Shown here: one piece after another, positions 11,092 through 24,665 of the stretch
Layout of the letters: the number at the start of each line of letters is the position of its first letter
Numbering within the stretch: the first letter of the stretch is position 1
Source of the DNA: Rhynchopus sp. YZ270_cl-10
Lineage: Eukaryota
Direction: 5' to 3'
Assembly: GCA_964035575.1 (NCBI GenBank)
Contig: OZ037840.1
Coordinates: 1,364,001 to 1,428,000 of the forward strand
DNA length: 64,000 bases
Notes under the pieces: model-generated
What the model was told of the DNA's origin: nothing
Seen by the model: the letters and a program-made list of their open reading frames with translations, nothing else
Databases searched by the model: none
Program-made: the position numbers and the translations under genes

Positions 11092-12666
11092 ATGTATTCA
11101 GTTCTTGTGGCAGCCATGGCGCTGCACGCTGGTGTGCACAACCTCGACAATAGCAGTGGCATCGTGGACTGGCTTCTTCCCGGGCAAATTGCCGACACGG
11201 TCTGGACTGTTTCCTGTGACGGCACGTTTGTGGTGCAGTACTTGAACGACTTTGGTGGCGAGTTCATCATCAGCATCGACGGGAAAGAGGAGTCACGTGT
11301 CAGTGGTGAGCACACGACACTGACGAAAACAAGCTTTTCAGCAAACACAACTGTGTCGATGACTGCGAGTGTGAAGTCGCATGGGAACAAGAAGGTTCTG
11401 TTCTCGTGGGCCTGTGACGCTATGCCTGCTGCTCTTCCATCAACACTGAACACTGCTGGGGATGTGAGCCACATGAAGTACGGGCCAAGTGAGTTGGTGT
11501 ACTGGACCCTGCAGTGCAAGGAACACGAAGACGTGCGCATCACCTGGACGTCTTTCAACATTGGCAACGACTCTCTGTGGATGAGGGCCCGGCCCACCTT
11601 CTTCAACGCGACAGGTTTGGACACTGTTGAGGACTTCACCTTCACTTCGACAGGATCCACCTACGTGTTCTTCAAAAGTGAGGCTGGCAGTGATGGTGGT
11701 GACTTTGCCTTCCGTTACGAGTGTCTGTCGAACGACATTGTACTGCCGAGCAGTGGCATCGTGGACAGGTTGCTTCCCGCAAAGATCGCTGACACCGTCT
11801 GGACTGTTTCTTGTCGCGGCATCTTTGTGGTGCAGTACTTGAACGACTTTGGTGGCGACTTCATCATCAGCATCGACGGGAATGAGAACTTACGTGTCAG
11901 TGGTGAGGACAGCAGAGTTACCAAACTGTACTTTCCAACACACGCAACTGCGTCGATGACTGCGAGTGTGAAGACTGGGAACAAGAAGGTGCTGTTCTCG
12001 TGGGCCTGTGACGCTATGCCTGCTGCTCTTCCATCAACACTGAACACTGCTGGGGATGTGAGCCACATGAAGTACGGGCCGAATGAGCTGGTGTACTGGG
12101 TTCTGCAGTGCAAGGAACACGAAGAAGTGAACATCACCTGGACGTCTTTCGACATTGGCAACGACTCTCTGTGGATGGTGCAGAGAGAGAGCGGAGTCTG
12201 GACCACCTTCTTCAACGCGTCTGGTTTGGACACTGTTGAGGACTTCACCTTCACTTCGGCAGGATCCACCTTCGTGGTGTTCACCAGTGAGGCTGGCAGT
12301 GATGGTGGTGACTTTGCCTTCCGTTACGAGTGTCTGTCCACACCTGCGCCTCCCACAGCAGAACCGCCGGCTACACCGACAGGAGCACCAACAGCACTGC
12401 CGACAGCAGATCTTGACACAAAGGGAGCGTTTGCGTCTACTGATTCAGACGACGGAGGGCTCTCTGTGGGTGCCATTATCGGTATCAGTGTCGGTGTGGG
12501 TCTTGTTGCGATTGCGGCTGTGGTGCTCGTGGTGTGCTATGTGGCAAGGAAGCAAACGACCAGAGCACCTAAATCCCCTAATGCATTCAACGAGTACAGC
12601 AAGGCGTATCCCTGTGCTCAGGGCAAAGAGCTCCCGGGGAGTTATGGCGAACAAAGCGTTGTGTAG
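11092..12666 (+). CDS. CUB-like type I membrane protein, copy 2
   Basis: Identical translation to copy 1. Confidence 0.88.
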   Translation: MYSVLVAAMALHAGVHNLDNSSGIVDWLLPGQIADTVWTVSCDGTFVVQYLNDFGGEFIISIDGKEESRVSGEHTTLTKTSFSANTTVSMTASVKSHGNKKVLFSWACDAMPAALPSTLNTAGDVSHMKYGPSELVYWTLQCKEHEDVRITWTSFNIGNDSLWMRARPTFFNATGLDTVEDFTFTSTGSTYVFFKSEAGSDGGDFAFRYECLSNDIVLPSSGIVDRLLPAKIADTVWTVSCRGIFVVQYLNDFGGDFIISIDGNENLRVSGEDSRVTKLYFPTHATASMTASVKTGNKKVLFSWACDAMPAALPSTLNTAGDVSHMKYGPNELVYWVLQCKEHEEVNITWTSFDIGNDSLWMVQRESGVWTTFFNASGLDTVEDFTFTSAGSTFVVFTSEAGSDGGDFAFRYECLSTPAPPTAEPPATPTGAPTALPTADLDTKGAFASTDSDDGGLSVGAIIGISVGVGLVAIAAVVLVVCYVARKQTTRAPKSPNAFNEYSKAYPCAQGKELPGSYGEQSVV

Positions 12667-13956
12667 AGGAAAGAACTTTGAAAAGAGAGTTAAAAGTCCC
12701 TGAAACCGATGAGTGATAAGAGTTAGAGCCCCGTTCAAACCTGCTGCCAAACTTGGCCGTAGGACGTCAGGTCGTATTCGTGGCACCTACCTTGTCTTTG
12801 TATTGCTCCTACTAGACTTGCTGTAGTGTTTCTTGTTGTTCACCCTTCAGCTCTACAGCCCTTTTTTTTTTAATTTTGTACAGTATTCCTGACAGAGATG
12901 GAGATAGATTTGGGGTTTTCAAAAAAGACCCGGTCTGAGCTTTTTAGGGTCAAAATTTTTTTTCCGACCGATTTTCTCCCAAATACCTTTTTTTTTTATT
13001 TTTTCCAGACCGGGTTTTTTGCCAAAATCCCATTTTTTTTTTTTTTTTACTGTTTGTGTTATAAATAGTAAGTATATGAATGTATTTTTTTTTTTTTTTT
13101 TTTTTTTGGCCCGGTCTTGCGACCGGGTCAATAGATGCACCTCCAACCCTGAATTTCCTGATTCACCCAATAATGGTTTTGTCATCTGTGTCCAAGTTAT
13201 GCTTCGCGGTACACGAGACTTCTTCGCAGCGTGTTTCAACCTTTTTTCGTTGTGATAGCTCTATTTCTTTGTTTTTGTTTTTTTCCCCTTCTTTTCTGGT
13301 AGCAGTAGATTTGAACTCGTTTTATGTTGTATTCCTGAGGAACGTACGCTCCATCTGGGAATGCTGAATTCCCACAATGACGTAAGTTTGTCAAGCGAAT
13401 ACCTTTTTCTCGAGAAACTAAATACCTGTACTTTATCGTCGGTGTGTTGTCTGGCAAACGGAATATACCACCCATGTATTTTCTGGTCTATTTTTTTTCC
13501 GTACACGGTATTACATTTTCTAACTTCCCTTTTTGTGTTCCACGTGACCAGTGAGGCACATAAGCCTTTGTGAAGTCACGTATTTCTCTTATCGGCATGC
13601 TTTGTGATGTACGAATCCCCTTTTTCTTTGGGACTACAGAGTCACACGTGTCCTCCCCATGCAGTTGAGTCTCCTTGGGATCGAGCGAGCTCAACGACAG
13701 TGGTGAACTGGACCCAGCACTTTGTATGCCTTGGCCGCCATGTTTATTTTAATTTTTTTATAAGACATGTGTGCATTTCTAGTGAAATTTTTCAGTATCC
13801 ACGAGTCGTTTTTTCCCTCCCGTGCTCCCCATCTCTCACACATACATTACATCTTCATCAGGAAAATTGTCAATTTTTCGTTCATTATTGTGAACAGCGT
13901 TTGGTGTTTTTTCAAAAAAAAAAAAAAAAAAAAAATGTGTGACTGAGTGTGGGGAT

Positions 13957-14748
13957 CAGGGGTCCTAAGAGTGGTAACTTTTACCACTTCTGAAGTGACC
14001 TTTTTTATTTTTTTGAAATCCGAAGGTCACTTCGAAGTGACCTTCGAAAAGTGCCCTAAAAAGTGACCTTTTTATTTTTATTTTTTGAAATCCGGTGTCA
14101 CGAAGTGACCTCGGATGCTTAACATACACCGGGAACACGTTGGAGGGTCCGGGAATTTTTTTCTTTTTTGCCAAGATCAGGGGTCTGCAGGGCTGCAGGT
14201 TGCCACAATTTTAAGCGCATTTTTTTGAAATGTTGCGTACCGTGGCTTCGCCAGAAACTTTCGTTTTAGCAAAATACGTAAGTAATTTACGTAAACTGAC
14301 GATAATTACCAACGACAGTGCCATTTTATGTCAACATTTTTTAGAAATGTTGCGTACCGTGACTTCGCCAGGAACCTTTGGGTGACATGACCGCCGCTTC
14401 TTTTATAGATGTACTGAGGTTACTGATAAGAAGGCCGACACCCACTAAACATCTGCCAAAACATCTGCCTATGGCTGTGTTGTGTTATTCGTGGTAAGAA
14501 GCGTAACGGTGGCACCAGACTGCGAGACCGCGAAATTGCCTCACAAAAAAAAATCGTATCTAGTACTCTGTCCCTATGATACGGCGATAACCAACGTCCG
14601 GTGTATGTCCGAGGAATTTGCACCTTTTCGACCTCACTTTTGTTGTTCCTCTGAGGGGGGAAAGTTTTTTTTTTCCCTCCCCAAAAAACGAGAAGTGACC
14701 TTGAAGTTACCATTTTTAATTTTTTTGAGAACAGCGTTAGGACCCCTG
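13957..14748. mobile_element. hAT-type MITE (array copy)
   Basis: Same TIR/TSD as 4038-4829. Confidence 0.9.
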
Positions 14749-16051
14749 GTGGGGATGCGTTCAAGAATTAAACTCTTCCCCCGAAACCCCCTTTCATCTC
14801 TAGTTTTCTTTGTCCAAACGTCGAGTGGACGCGTAATTTTTTTTTTTTTTTTTTTTTCATTTTTATCGTTTCAGTGCTATCAATGTATTGATTGCGCAGT
14901 ATTATGTTGAAATACTAATTTTTAATTTGTCTCCGTCCCACCCACTACAGCCCACCCCATTCCTCCGAACATTGTTCGGTTGTCTTGAAAGTCGCCACAA
15001 ACCGTCTTTTTTCTCCTTTTTTTTTTCTCCCTTTGCTACAAAAAAAAAAAAAAAACAAAGACGGGAGGTGTCGCTTTTGAGCGTCCTTTGTGTGCTTTCT
15101 ATTCTTTGAATGGAAAGTACATGAAATTAGTTTTGTTACATTTAGCAAGATGTGTACAGATACGTTCATGTTTCAAAAACAATATATTTTTGCTTCATGA
15201 CAGTCTTGGCAGATCTTACGAACTATTTGTCGTCCTTTCTTTTTTGTGCTTCCTTCTTTTGCTTTCATCCGGATGGCTGGCATCATACGTGGGTCAGTCG
15301 GAGGTGCCTGCATCAACAACTACTATTTCCCCCTGCAAAACAACACAATCCGGGTGTTCGATAACCCCACGGATCCTCACTGGCTGCATATCAGAGACGT
15401 TTTGCCCTATCTCTTTTCCACCCATACTTCCCCTTGTCAGAATGGCCCACTAGGTAGCGAAGAGACCTCGGTCCCTTCCCCTGCCTGTTCCATGGCCTGG
15501 TTTTGCTGCTAAAGGAAGAACAATAAAAGCCACCCCTTTCCCCCCCACTGTTTTTTTAGGTCACCTTTTGGTGCTGCCTTCAACTCTTTAATAACTCCCT
15601 CCCCCTTTGCTAATCGAGCACAACTCGGGTTTTGTACGAACCTTCCTGGGCGATTGTTTCATAACCATGGAGTTACATGAATAGAAGAAAGTTTGTACTG
15701 TCTGATGATGCTGTCTGAACCTCTTCTGTGTCACTAGCACAGCGCACAGTAGGTCGAGTATTTGTGGCCATTGCTCAAAGGTGTGAAGGTTTGATGCTCC
15801 CATGGAAACCCCCTACCCTCTACTGCACAGTTGCACAGTAATGCGAGAGTACAACTGACTCGGAACAGCTTTGGAGTGGGCTTGCCTCCCGAGGTGTATG
15901 CACCTTCTGTGCTGCAATATAGGAACTATGTTCTGCTCCTCGTGTTCCCAGTGAGAACTGAATCACGCCGAGCTTGTTGACTGTCTGTGTGCTTGCACCC
16001 CACACTCACTCCAGATAAGCCATACACCCTTTGCAACACACTCTCCACACC

Positions 16052-17626
16052 ATGTATTCAGTTCTTGTGGCAGCCATGGCGCTGCACGCTGGTGTGCACA
16101 ACCTCGACAATAGCAGTGGCATCGTGGACTGGCTTCTTCCCGGGCAAATTGCCGACACGGTCTGGACTGTTTCCTGTGACGGCACGTTTGTGGTGCAGTA
16201 CTTGAACGACTTTGGTGGCGAGTTCATCATCAGCATCGACGGGAAAGAGGAGTCACGTGTCAGTGGTGAGCACACGACACTGACGAAAACAAGCTTTTCA
16301 GCAAACACAACTGTGTCGATGACTGCGAGTGTGAAGTCGCATGGGAACAAGAAGGTTCTGTTCTCGTGGGCCTGTGACGCTATGCCTGCTGCTCTTCCAT
16401 CAACACTGAACACTGCTGGGGATGTGAGCCACATGAAGTACGGGCCAAGTGAGTTGGTGTACTGGACCCTGCAGTGCAAGGAACACGAAGACGTGCGCAT
16501 CACCTGGACGTCTTTCAACATTGGCAACGACTCTCTGTGGATGAGGGCCCGGCCCACCTTCTTCAACGCGACAGGTTTGGACACTGTTGAGGACTTCACC
16601 TTCACTTCGACAGGATCCACCTACGTGTTCTTCAAAAGTGAGGCTGGCAGTGATGGTGGTGACTTTGCCTTCCGTTACGAGTGTCTGTCGAACGACATTG
16701 TACTGCCGAGCAGTGGCATCGTGGACAGGTTGCTTCCCGCAAAGATCGCTGACACCGTCTGGACTGTTTCTTGTCGCGGCATCTTTGTGGTGCAGTACTT
16801 GAACGACTTTGGTGGCGACTTCATCATCAGCATCGACGGGAATGAGAACTTACGTGTCAGTGGTGAGGACAGCAGAGTTACCAAACTGTACTTTCCAACA
16901 CACGCAACTGCGTCGATGACTGCGAGTGTGAAGACTGGGAACAAGAAGGTGCTGTTCTCGTGGGCCTGTGACGCTATGCCTGCTGCTCTTCCATCAACAC
17001 TGAACACTGCTGGGGATGTGAGCCACATGAAGTACGGGCCGAATGAGCTGGTGTACTGGGTTCTGCAGTGCAAGGAACACGAAGAAGTGAACATCACCTG
17101 GACGTCTTTCGACATTGGCAACGACTCTCTGTGGATGGTGCAGAGAGAGAGCGGAGTCTGGACCACCTTCTTCAACGCGTCTGGTTTGGACACTGTTGAG
17201 GACTTCACCTTCACTTCGGCAGGATCCACCTTCGTGGTGTTCACCAGTGAGGCTGGCAGTGATGGTGGTGACTTTGCCTTCCGTTACGAGTGTCTGTCCA
17301 CACCTGCGCCTCCCACAGCAGAACCGCCGGCTACACCGACAGGAGCACCAACAGCACTGCCGACAGCAGATCTTGACACAAAGGGAGCGTTTGCGTCTAC
17401 TGATTCAGACGACGGAGGGCTCTCTGTGGGTGCCATTATCGGTATCAGTGTCGGTGTGGGTCTTGTTGCGATTGCGGCTGTGGTGCTCGTGGTGTGCTAT
17501 GTGGCAAGGAAGCAAACGACCAGAGCACCTAAATCCCCTAATGCATTCAACGAGTACAGCAAGGCGTATCCCTGTGCTCAGGGCAAAGAGCTCCCGGGGA
17601 GTTATGGCGAACAAAGCGTTGTGTAG
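16052..17626 (+). CDS. CUB-like type I membrane protein, copy 3
   Basis: Identical translation to copy 1. Confidence 0.88.
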   Translation: MYSVLVAAMALHAGVHNLDNSSGIVDWLLPGQIADTVWTVSCDGTFVVQYLNDFGGEFIISIDGKEESRVSGEHTTLTKTSFSANTTVSMTASVKSHGNKKVLFSWACDAMPAALPSTLNTAGDVSHMKYGPSELVYWTLQCKEHEDVRITWTSFNIGNDSLWMRARPTFFNATGLDTVEDFTFTSTGSTYVFFKSEAGSDGGDFAFRYECLSNDIVLPSSGIVDRLLPAKIADTVWTVSCRGIFVVQYLNDFGGDFIISIDGNENLRVSGEDSRVTKLYFPTHATASMTASVKTGNKKVLFSWACDAMPAALPSTLNTAGDVSHMKYGPNELVYWVLQCKEHEEVNITWTSFDIGNDSLWMVQRESGVWTTFFNASGLDTVEDFTFTSAGSTFVVFTSEAGSDGGDFAFRYECLSTPAPPTAEPPATPTGAPTALPTADLDTKGAFASTDSDDGGLSVGAIIGISVGVGLVAIAAVVLVVCYVARKQTTRAPKSPNAFNEYSKAYPCAQGKELPGSYGEQSVV

Positions 17627-18915
17627 AGGAAAGAACTTTGAAAAGAGAGTTAAAAGTCCCTGAAACCGATGAGGGATAAGAGTTAGAGCCCCGTTCAAAC
17701 CTGCTGCCAAACTTGGCCGTAGGACGTCAGGTCGTATTCGTGGCACCTACCTTGTCTTTGTATTGCTCCTACTAGACTTGCTGTAGTGTTTCTTGTTGTT
17801 CACCCTTCAGCTCTACAGCCCTTTTTTTTTTAATTTTGTACAGTATTCCTGACAGAGATGGAGATAGATTTGGGGTTTTCAAAAAAGACCCGGTCTGAGC
17901 TTTTTAGGGTCAAAATTTTTTTTCCGACCGATTTTCTCCCAAATACCTTTTTTTTTTATTTTTTCCAGACCGGGTTTTTTGCCAAAATCCCATTTTTTTT
18001 TTTTTTTTACTGTTTGTGTTATAAATAGTAAGTATATGAATGTATTTTTTTTTTTTTTTTTTTTTTGGCCCGGTCTTGCGACCGGGTCAATAGATGCACC
18101 TCCAACCCTGAATTTCCTGATTCACCCAATAATGGTTTTGTCATCTGTGTCCAAGTTATGCTTCGCGGTACACGAGACTTCTTCGCAGCGTGTTTCAACC
18201 TTTTTTCGTTGTGAAAGCTCTATTTCTTTGTTTTTGTTTTTTTCCCCTTCTTTTCTGGTAGCAGTAGATTTGAACTCGTTTTATGTTGTATTCCTGAGGA
18301 ACGTACGCTCCATCTGGGAATGCTGAATTCCCACAATGACGTAAGTTTGTCAAGCGAATACCTTTTTCTCGAGAAACTAAATACCTGTACTTTATCGTCG
18401 GTGTGTTGTCTGGCAAACGGAATATACCACCCATGTATTTTCTGGTCTATTTTTTTTCCGTACACGGTATTACATTTTCTAACTTCCCTTTTTGTGTTCC
18501 ACGTGACCAGTGAGGCACATAAGCCTTTGTGAAGTCACGTATTTCTCTTATCGGCATGCTTTGTGATGTACGAATCCCCTTTTTCTTTGGGACTACAGAG
18601 TCACACGTGTCCTCCCCATGCAGTTGAGTCTCCTTGGGATCGAGCGAGCTCAACGACAGTGGTGAACTGGACCCAGCACTTTGTATGCCTTGGCCGCCAT
18701 GTTTATTTTAATTTTTTTATAAGACATGTGTGCATTTCTAGTGAAATTTTTCAGTATCCACGAGTCGTTTTTTCCCTCCCGTGCTCCCCATCTCTCACAC
18801 ATACATTACATCTTCATCAGGAAAATTGTCAATTTTTCGTTCATTATTGTGAACAGCGTTTGGTGTTTTTTCAAAAAAAAAAAAAAAAAAAAAATGTGTG
18901 ACTGAGTGTGGGGAT

Positions 18916-19707
18916 CAGGGGTCCTAAGAGTGGTAACTTTTACCACTTCTGAAGTGACCTTTTTTATTTTTTTGAAATCCGAAGGTCACTTCGAAGTGAC
19001 CTTCGAAAAGTGCCCTAAAAAGTGACCTTTTTATTTTTATTTTTTGAAATCCGGTGTCACGAAGTGACCTCGGATGCTTAACATACACCGGGAACACGTT
19101 GGAGGGTCCGGGAATTTTTTTCTTTTTTGCCAAGATCAGGGGTCTGCAGGGCTGCAGGTTGCCACAATTTTAAGCGCATTTTTTTGAAATGTTGCGTACC
19201 GTGGCTTCGCCAGAAACTTTCGTTTTAGCAAAATACGTAAGTAATTTACGTAAACTGACGATAATTACCAACGACAGTGCCATTTTATGTCAACATTTTT
19301 TAGAAATGTTGCGTACCGTGACTTCGCCAGGAACCTTTGGGTGACATGACCGCCGCTTCTTTTATAGATGTACTGAGGTTACTGATAAGAAGGCCGACAC
19401 CCACTAAACATCTGCCAAAACATCTGCCTATGGCTGTGTTGTGTTATTCGTGGTAAGAAGCGTAACGGTGGCACCAGACTGCGAGACCGCGAAATTGCCT
19501 CACAAAAAAAAATCGTATCTAGTACTCTGTCCCTATGATACGGCGATAACCAACGTCCGGTGTATGTCCGAGGAATTTGCACCTTTTCGACCTCACTTTT
19601 GTTGTTCCTCTGAGGGGGGAAAGTTTTTTTTTTCCCTCCCCAAAAAACGAGAAGTGACCTTGAAGTTACCATTTTTAATTTTTTTGAGAACAGCGTTAGG
19701 ACCCCTG
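18916..19707. mobile_element. hAT-type MITE (array copy)
   Basis: Same TIR/TSD as 4038-4829. Confidence 0.9.
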
Positions 19708-21010
19708 GTGGGGATGCGTTCAAGAATTAAACTCTTCCCCCGAAACCCCCTTTCATCTCTAGTTTTCTTTGTCCAAACGTCGAGTGGACGCGTAATTTTT
19801 TTTTTTTTTTTTTTTTCATTTTTATCGTTTCAGTGCTATCAATGTATTGATTGCGCAGTATTATGTTGAAATACTAATTTTTAATTTGTCTCCGTCCCAC
19901 CCACTACAGCCCACCCCATTCCTCCGAACATTGTTCGGTTGTCTTGAAAGTCGCCACAAACCGTCTTTTTTCTCCTTTTTTTTTTCTCCCTTTGCTACAA
20001 AAAAAAAAAAAAAACAAAGACGGGAGGTGTCGCTTTTGAGCGTCCTTTGTGTGCTTTCTATTCTTTGAATGGAAAGTACATGAAATTAGTTTTGTTACAT
20101 TTAGCAAGATGTGTACAGATACGTTCATGTTTCAAAAACAATATATTTTTGCTTCATGACAGTCTTGGCAGATCTTACGAACTATTTGTCGTCCTTTCTT
20201 TTTTGTGCTTCCTTCTTTTGCTTTCATCCGGATGGCTGGCATCATACGTGGGTCAGTCGGAGGTGCCTGCATCAACAACTACTATTTCCCCCTGCAAAAC
20301 AACACAATCCGGGTGTTCGATAACCCCACGGATCCTCACTGGCTGCATATCAGAGACGTTTTGCCCTATCTCTTTTCCACCCATACTTCCCCTTGTCAGA
20401 ATGGCCCACTAGGTAGCGAAGAGACCTCGGTCCCTTCCCCTGCCTGTTCCATGGCCTGGTTTTGCTGCTAAAGGAAGAACAATAAAAGCCACCCCTTTCC
20501 CCCCCACTGTTTTTTTAGGTCACCTTTTGGTGCTGCCTTCAACTCTTTAATAACTCCCTCCCCCTTTGCTAATCGAGCACAACTCGGGTTTTGTACGAAC
20601 CTTCCTGGGCGATTGTTTCATAACCATGGAGTTACATGAATAGAAGAAAGTTTGTACTGTCTGATGATGCTGTCTGAACCTCTTCTGTGTCACTAGCACA
20701 GCGCACAGTAGGTCGAGTATTTGTGGCCATTGCTCAAAGGTGTGAAGGTTTGATGCTCCCATGGAAACCCCCTACCCTCTACTGCACAGTTGCACAGTAA
20801 TGCGAGAGTACAACTGACTCGGAACAGCTTTGGAGTGGGCTTGCCTCCCGAGGTGTATGCACCTTCTGTGCTGCAATATAGGAACTATGTTCTGCTCCTC
20901 GTGTTCCCAGTGAGAACTGAATCACGCCGAGCTTGTTGACTGTCTGTGTGCTTGCACCCCACACTCACTCCAGATAAGCCATACACCCTTTGCAACACAC
21001 TCTCCACACC

Positions 21011-22585
21011 ATGTATTCAGTTCTTGTGGCAGCCATGGCGCTGCACGCTGGTGTGCACAACCTCGACAATAGCAGTGGCATCGTGGACTGGCTTCTTCCC
21101 GGGCAAATTGCCGACACGGTCTGGACTGTTTCCTGTGACGGCACGTTTGTGGTGCAGTACTTGAACGACTTTGGTGGCGAGTTCATCATCAGCATCGACG
21201 GGAAAGAGGAGTCACGTGTCAGTGGTGAGCACACGACACTGACGAAAACAAGCTTTTCAGCAAACACAACTGTGTCGATGACTGCGAGTGTGAAGTCGCA
21301 TGGGAACAAGAAGGTTCTGTTCTCGTGGGCCTGTGACGCTATGCCTGCTGCTCTTCCATCAACACTGAACACTGCTGGGGATGTGAGCCACATGAAGTAC
21401 GGGCCAAGTGAGTTGGTGTACTGGACCCTGCAGTGCAAGGAACACGAAGACGTGCGCATCACCTGGACGTCTTTCAACATTGGCAACGACTCTCTGTGGA
21501 TGAGGGCCCGGCCCACCTTCTTCAACGCGACAGGTTTGGACACTGTTGAGGACTTCACCTTCACTTCGACAGGATCCACCTACGTGTTCTTCAAAAGTGA
21601 GGCTGGCAGTGATGGTGGTGACTTTGCCTTCCGTTACGAGTGTCTGTCGAACGACATTGTACTGCCGAGCAGTGGCATCGTGGACAGGTTGCTTCCCGCA
21701 AAGATCGCTGACACCGTCTGGACTGTTTCTTGTCGCGGCATCTTTGTGGTGCAGTACTTGAACGACTTTGGTGGCGACTTCATCATCAGCATCGACGGGA
21801 ATGAGAACTTACGTGTCAGTGGTGAGGACAGCAGAGTTACCAAACTGTACTTTCCAACACACGCAACTGCGTCGATGACTGCGAGTGTGAAGACTGGGAA
21901 CAAGAAGGTGCTGTTCTCGTGGGCCTGTGACGCTATGCCTGCTGCTCTTCCATCAACACTGAACACTGCTGGGGATGTGAGCCACATGAAGTACGGGCCG
22001 AATGAGCTGGTGTACTGGGTTCTGCAGTGCAAGGAACACGAAGAAGTGAACATCACCTGGACGTCTTTCGACATTGGCAACGACTCTCTGTGGATGGTGC
22101 AGAGAGAGAGCGGAGTCTGGACCACCTTCTTCAACGCGTCTGGTTTGGACACTGTTGAGGACTTCACCTTCACTTCGGCAGGATCCACCTTCGTGGTGTT
22201 CACCAGTGAGGCTGGCAGTGATGGTGGTGACTTTGCCTTCCGTTACGAGTGTCTGTCCACACCTGCGCCTCCCACAGCAGAACCGCCGGCTACACCGACA
22301 GGAGCACCAACAGCACTGCCGACAGCAGATCTTGACACAAAGGGAGCGTTTGCGTCTACTGATTCAGACGACGGAGGGCTCTCTGTGGGTGCCATTATCG
22401 GTATCAGTGTCGGTGTGGGTCTTGTTGCGATTGCGGCTGTGGTGCTCGTGGTGTGCTATGTGGCAAGGAAGCAAACGACCAGAGCACCTAAATCCCCTAA
22501 TGCATTCAACGAGTACAGCAAGGCGTATCCCTGTGCTCAGGGCAAAGAGCTCCCGGGGAGTTATGGCGAACAAAGCGTTGTGTAG
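21011..22585 (+). CDS. CUB-like type I membrane protein, copy 4
   Basis: Identical translation to copy 1. Confidence 0.88.
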   Translation: MYSVLVAAMALHAGVHNLDNSSGIVDWLLPGQIADTVWTVSCDGTFVVQYLNDFGGEFIISIDGKEESRVSGEHTTLTKTSFSANTTVSMTASVKSHGNKKVLFSWACDAMPAALPSTLNTAGDVSHMKYGPSELVYWTLQCKEHEDVRITWTSFNIGNDSLWMRARPTFFNATGLDTVEDFTFTSTGSTYVFFKSEAGSDGGDFAFRYECLSNDIVLPSSGIVDRLLPAKIADTVWTVSCRGIFVVQYLNDFGGDFIISIDGNENLRVSGEDSRVTKLYFPTHATASMTASVKTGNKKVLFSWACDAMPAALPSTLNTAGDVSHMKYGPNELVYWVLQCKEHEEVNITWTSFDIGNDSLWMVQRESGVWTTFFNASGLDTVEDFTFTSAGSTFVVFTSEAGSDGGDFAFRYECLSTPAPPTAEPPATPTGAPTALPTADLDTKGAFASTDSDDGGLSVGAIIGISVGVGLVAIAAVVLVVCYVARKQTTRAPKSPNAFNEYSKAYPCAQGKELPGSYGEQSVV

Positions 22586-23873
22586 AGGAAAGAACTTTGA
22601 AAAGAGAGTTAAAAGTCCCTGAAACCGATGAGTGATAAGAGTTAGAGCCCCGTTCAAACCTGCTGCCAAACTTGGCCGTAGGACGTCAGGTCGTATTCGT
22701 GGCACCTACCTTGTCTTTGTATTGCTCCTACTAGACTTGCTGTAGTGTTTCTTGTTGTTCACCCTTCAGCTCTACAGCCCTTTTTTTTTTAATTTTGTAC
22801 AGTATTCCTGACAGAGATGGAGATAGATTTGGGGTTTTCAAAAAAGACCCGGTCTGAGCTTTTTAGGGTCAAAATTTTTTTTCCGACCGATTTTCTCCCA
22901 AATACCTTTTTTTTTTATTTTTTCCAGACCGGGTTTTTTGCCAAAATCCCATTTTTTTTTTTTTTTTACTGTTTGTGTTATAAATAGTAAGTATATGAAT
23001 GTATTTTTTTTTTTTTTTTTTTTTTTGGCCCGGTCTTGCGACCGGGTCAATAGATGCACCTCCAACCCTGAATTTCCTGATTCACCCAATAATGGTTTTG
23101 TCATCTGTGTCCAAGTTATGCTTCGCGGTACACGAGACTTCTTCGCAGCGTGTTTCAACCTTTTTTCGTTGTGATAGCTCTATTTCTTTGTTTTTGTTTT
23201 TTTCCCCTTCTTTTCTGGTAGCAGTAGATTTGAACTCGTTTTATGTTGTATTCCTGAGGAACGTACGCTCCATCTGGGAATGCTGAATTCCCACAATGAC
23301 GTAAGTTTGTCAAGCGAATACCTTTTTCTCGAGAAACTAAATACCTGTACTTTATCGTCGGTGTGTTGTCTGGCAAACGGAATATACCACCCATGTATTT
23401 TCTGGTCTATTTTTTTCCGTACACGGTATTACATTTTCTAACTTCCCTTTTTGTGTTCCACGTGACCAGTGAGGCACATAAGCCTTTGTGAAGTCACGTA
23501 TTTCTCTTATCGGCATGCTTTGTGATGTACGAATCCCCTTTTTCTTTGGGACTACAGAGTCACACGTGTCCTCCCCATGCAGTTGAGTCTCCTTGGGATC
23601 GAGCGAGCTCAACGACAGTGGTGAACTGGACCCAGCACTTTGTATGCCTTGGCCGCCATGTTTATTTTAATTTTTTTATAAGACATGTGTGCATTTCTAG
23701 TGAAATTTTTCAGTATCCACGAGTCGTTTTTTCCCTCCCGTGCTCCCCATCTCTCACACATACATTACATCTTCATCAGGAAAATTGTCAATTTTTCGTT
23801 CATTATTGTGAACAGCGTTTGGTGTTTTTTCAAAAAAAAAAAAAAAAAAAAATGTGTGACTGAGTGTGGGGAT

Positions 23874-24665
23874 CAGGGGTCCTAAGAGTGGTAACTTTTA
23901 CCACTTCTGAAGTGACCTTTTTTATTTTTTTGAAATCCGAAGGTCACTTCGAAGTGACCTTCGAAAAGTGCCCTAAAAAGTGACCTTTTTATTTTTATTT
24001 TTTGAAATCCGGTGTCACGAAGTGACCTCGGATGCTTAACATACACCGGGAACACGTTGGAGGGTCCGGGAATTTTTTTCTTTTTTGCCAAGATCAGGGG
24101 TCTGCAGGGCTGCAGGTTGCCACAATTTTAAGCGCATTTTTTTGAAATGTTGCGTACCGTGGCTTCGCCAGAAACTTTCGTTTTAGCAAAATACGTAAGT
24201 AATTTACGTAAACTGACGATAATTACCAACGACAGTGCCATTTTATGTCAACATTTTTTAGAAATGTTGCGTACCGTGACTTCGCCAGGAACCTTTGGGT
24301 GACATGACCGCCGCTTCTTTTATAGATGTACTGAGGTTACTGATAAGAAGGCCGACACCCACTAAACATCTGCCAAAACATCTGCCTATGGCTGTGTTGT
24401 GTTATTCGTGGTAAGAAGCGTAACGGTGGCACCAGACTGCGAGACCGCGAAATTGCCTCACAAAAAAAAATCGTATCTAGTACTCTGTCCCTATGATACG
24501 GCGATAACCAACGTCCGGTGTATGTCCGAGGAATTTGCACCTTTTCGACCTCACTTTTGTTGTTCCTCTGAGGGGGGAAAGTTTTTTTTTTCCCTCCCCA
24601 AAAAACGAGAAGTGACCTTGAAGTTACCATTTTTAATTTTTTTGAGAACAGCGTTAGGACCCCTG
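23874..24665. mobile_element. hAT-type MITE (array copy)
   Basis: Same TIR/TSD as 4038-4829. Confidence 0.9.
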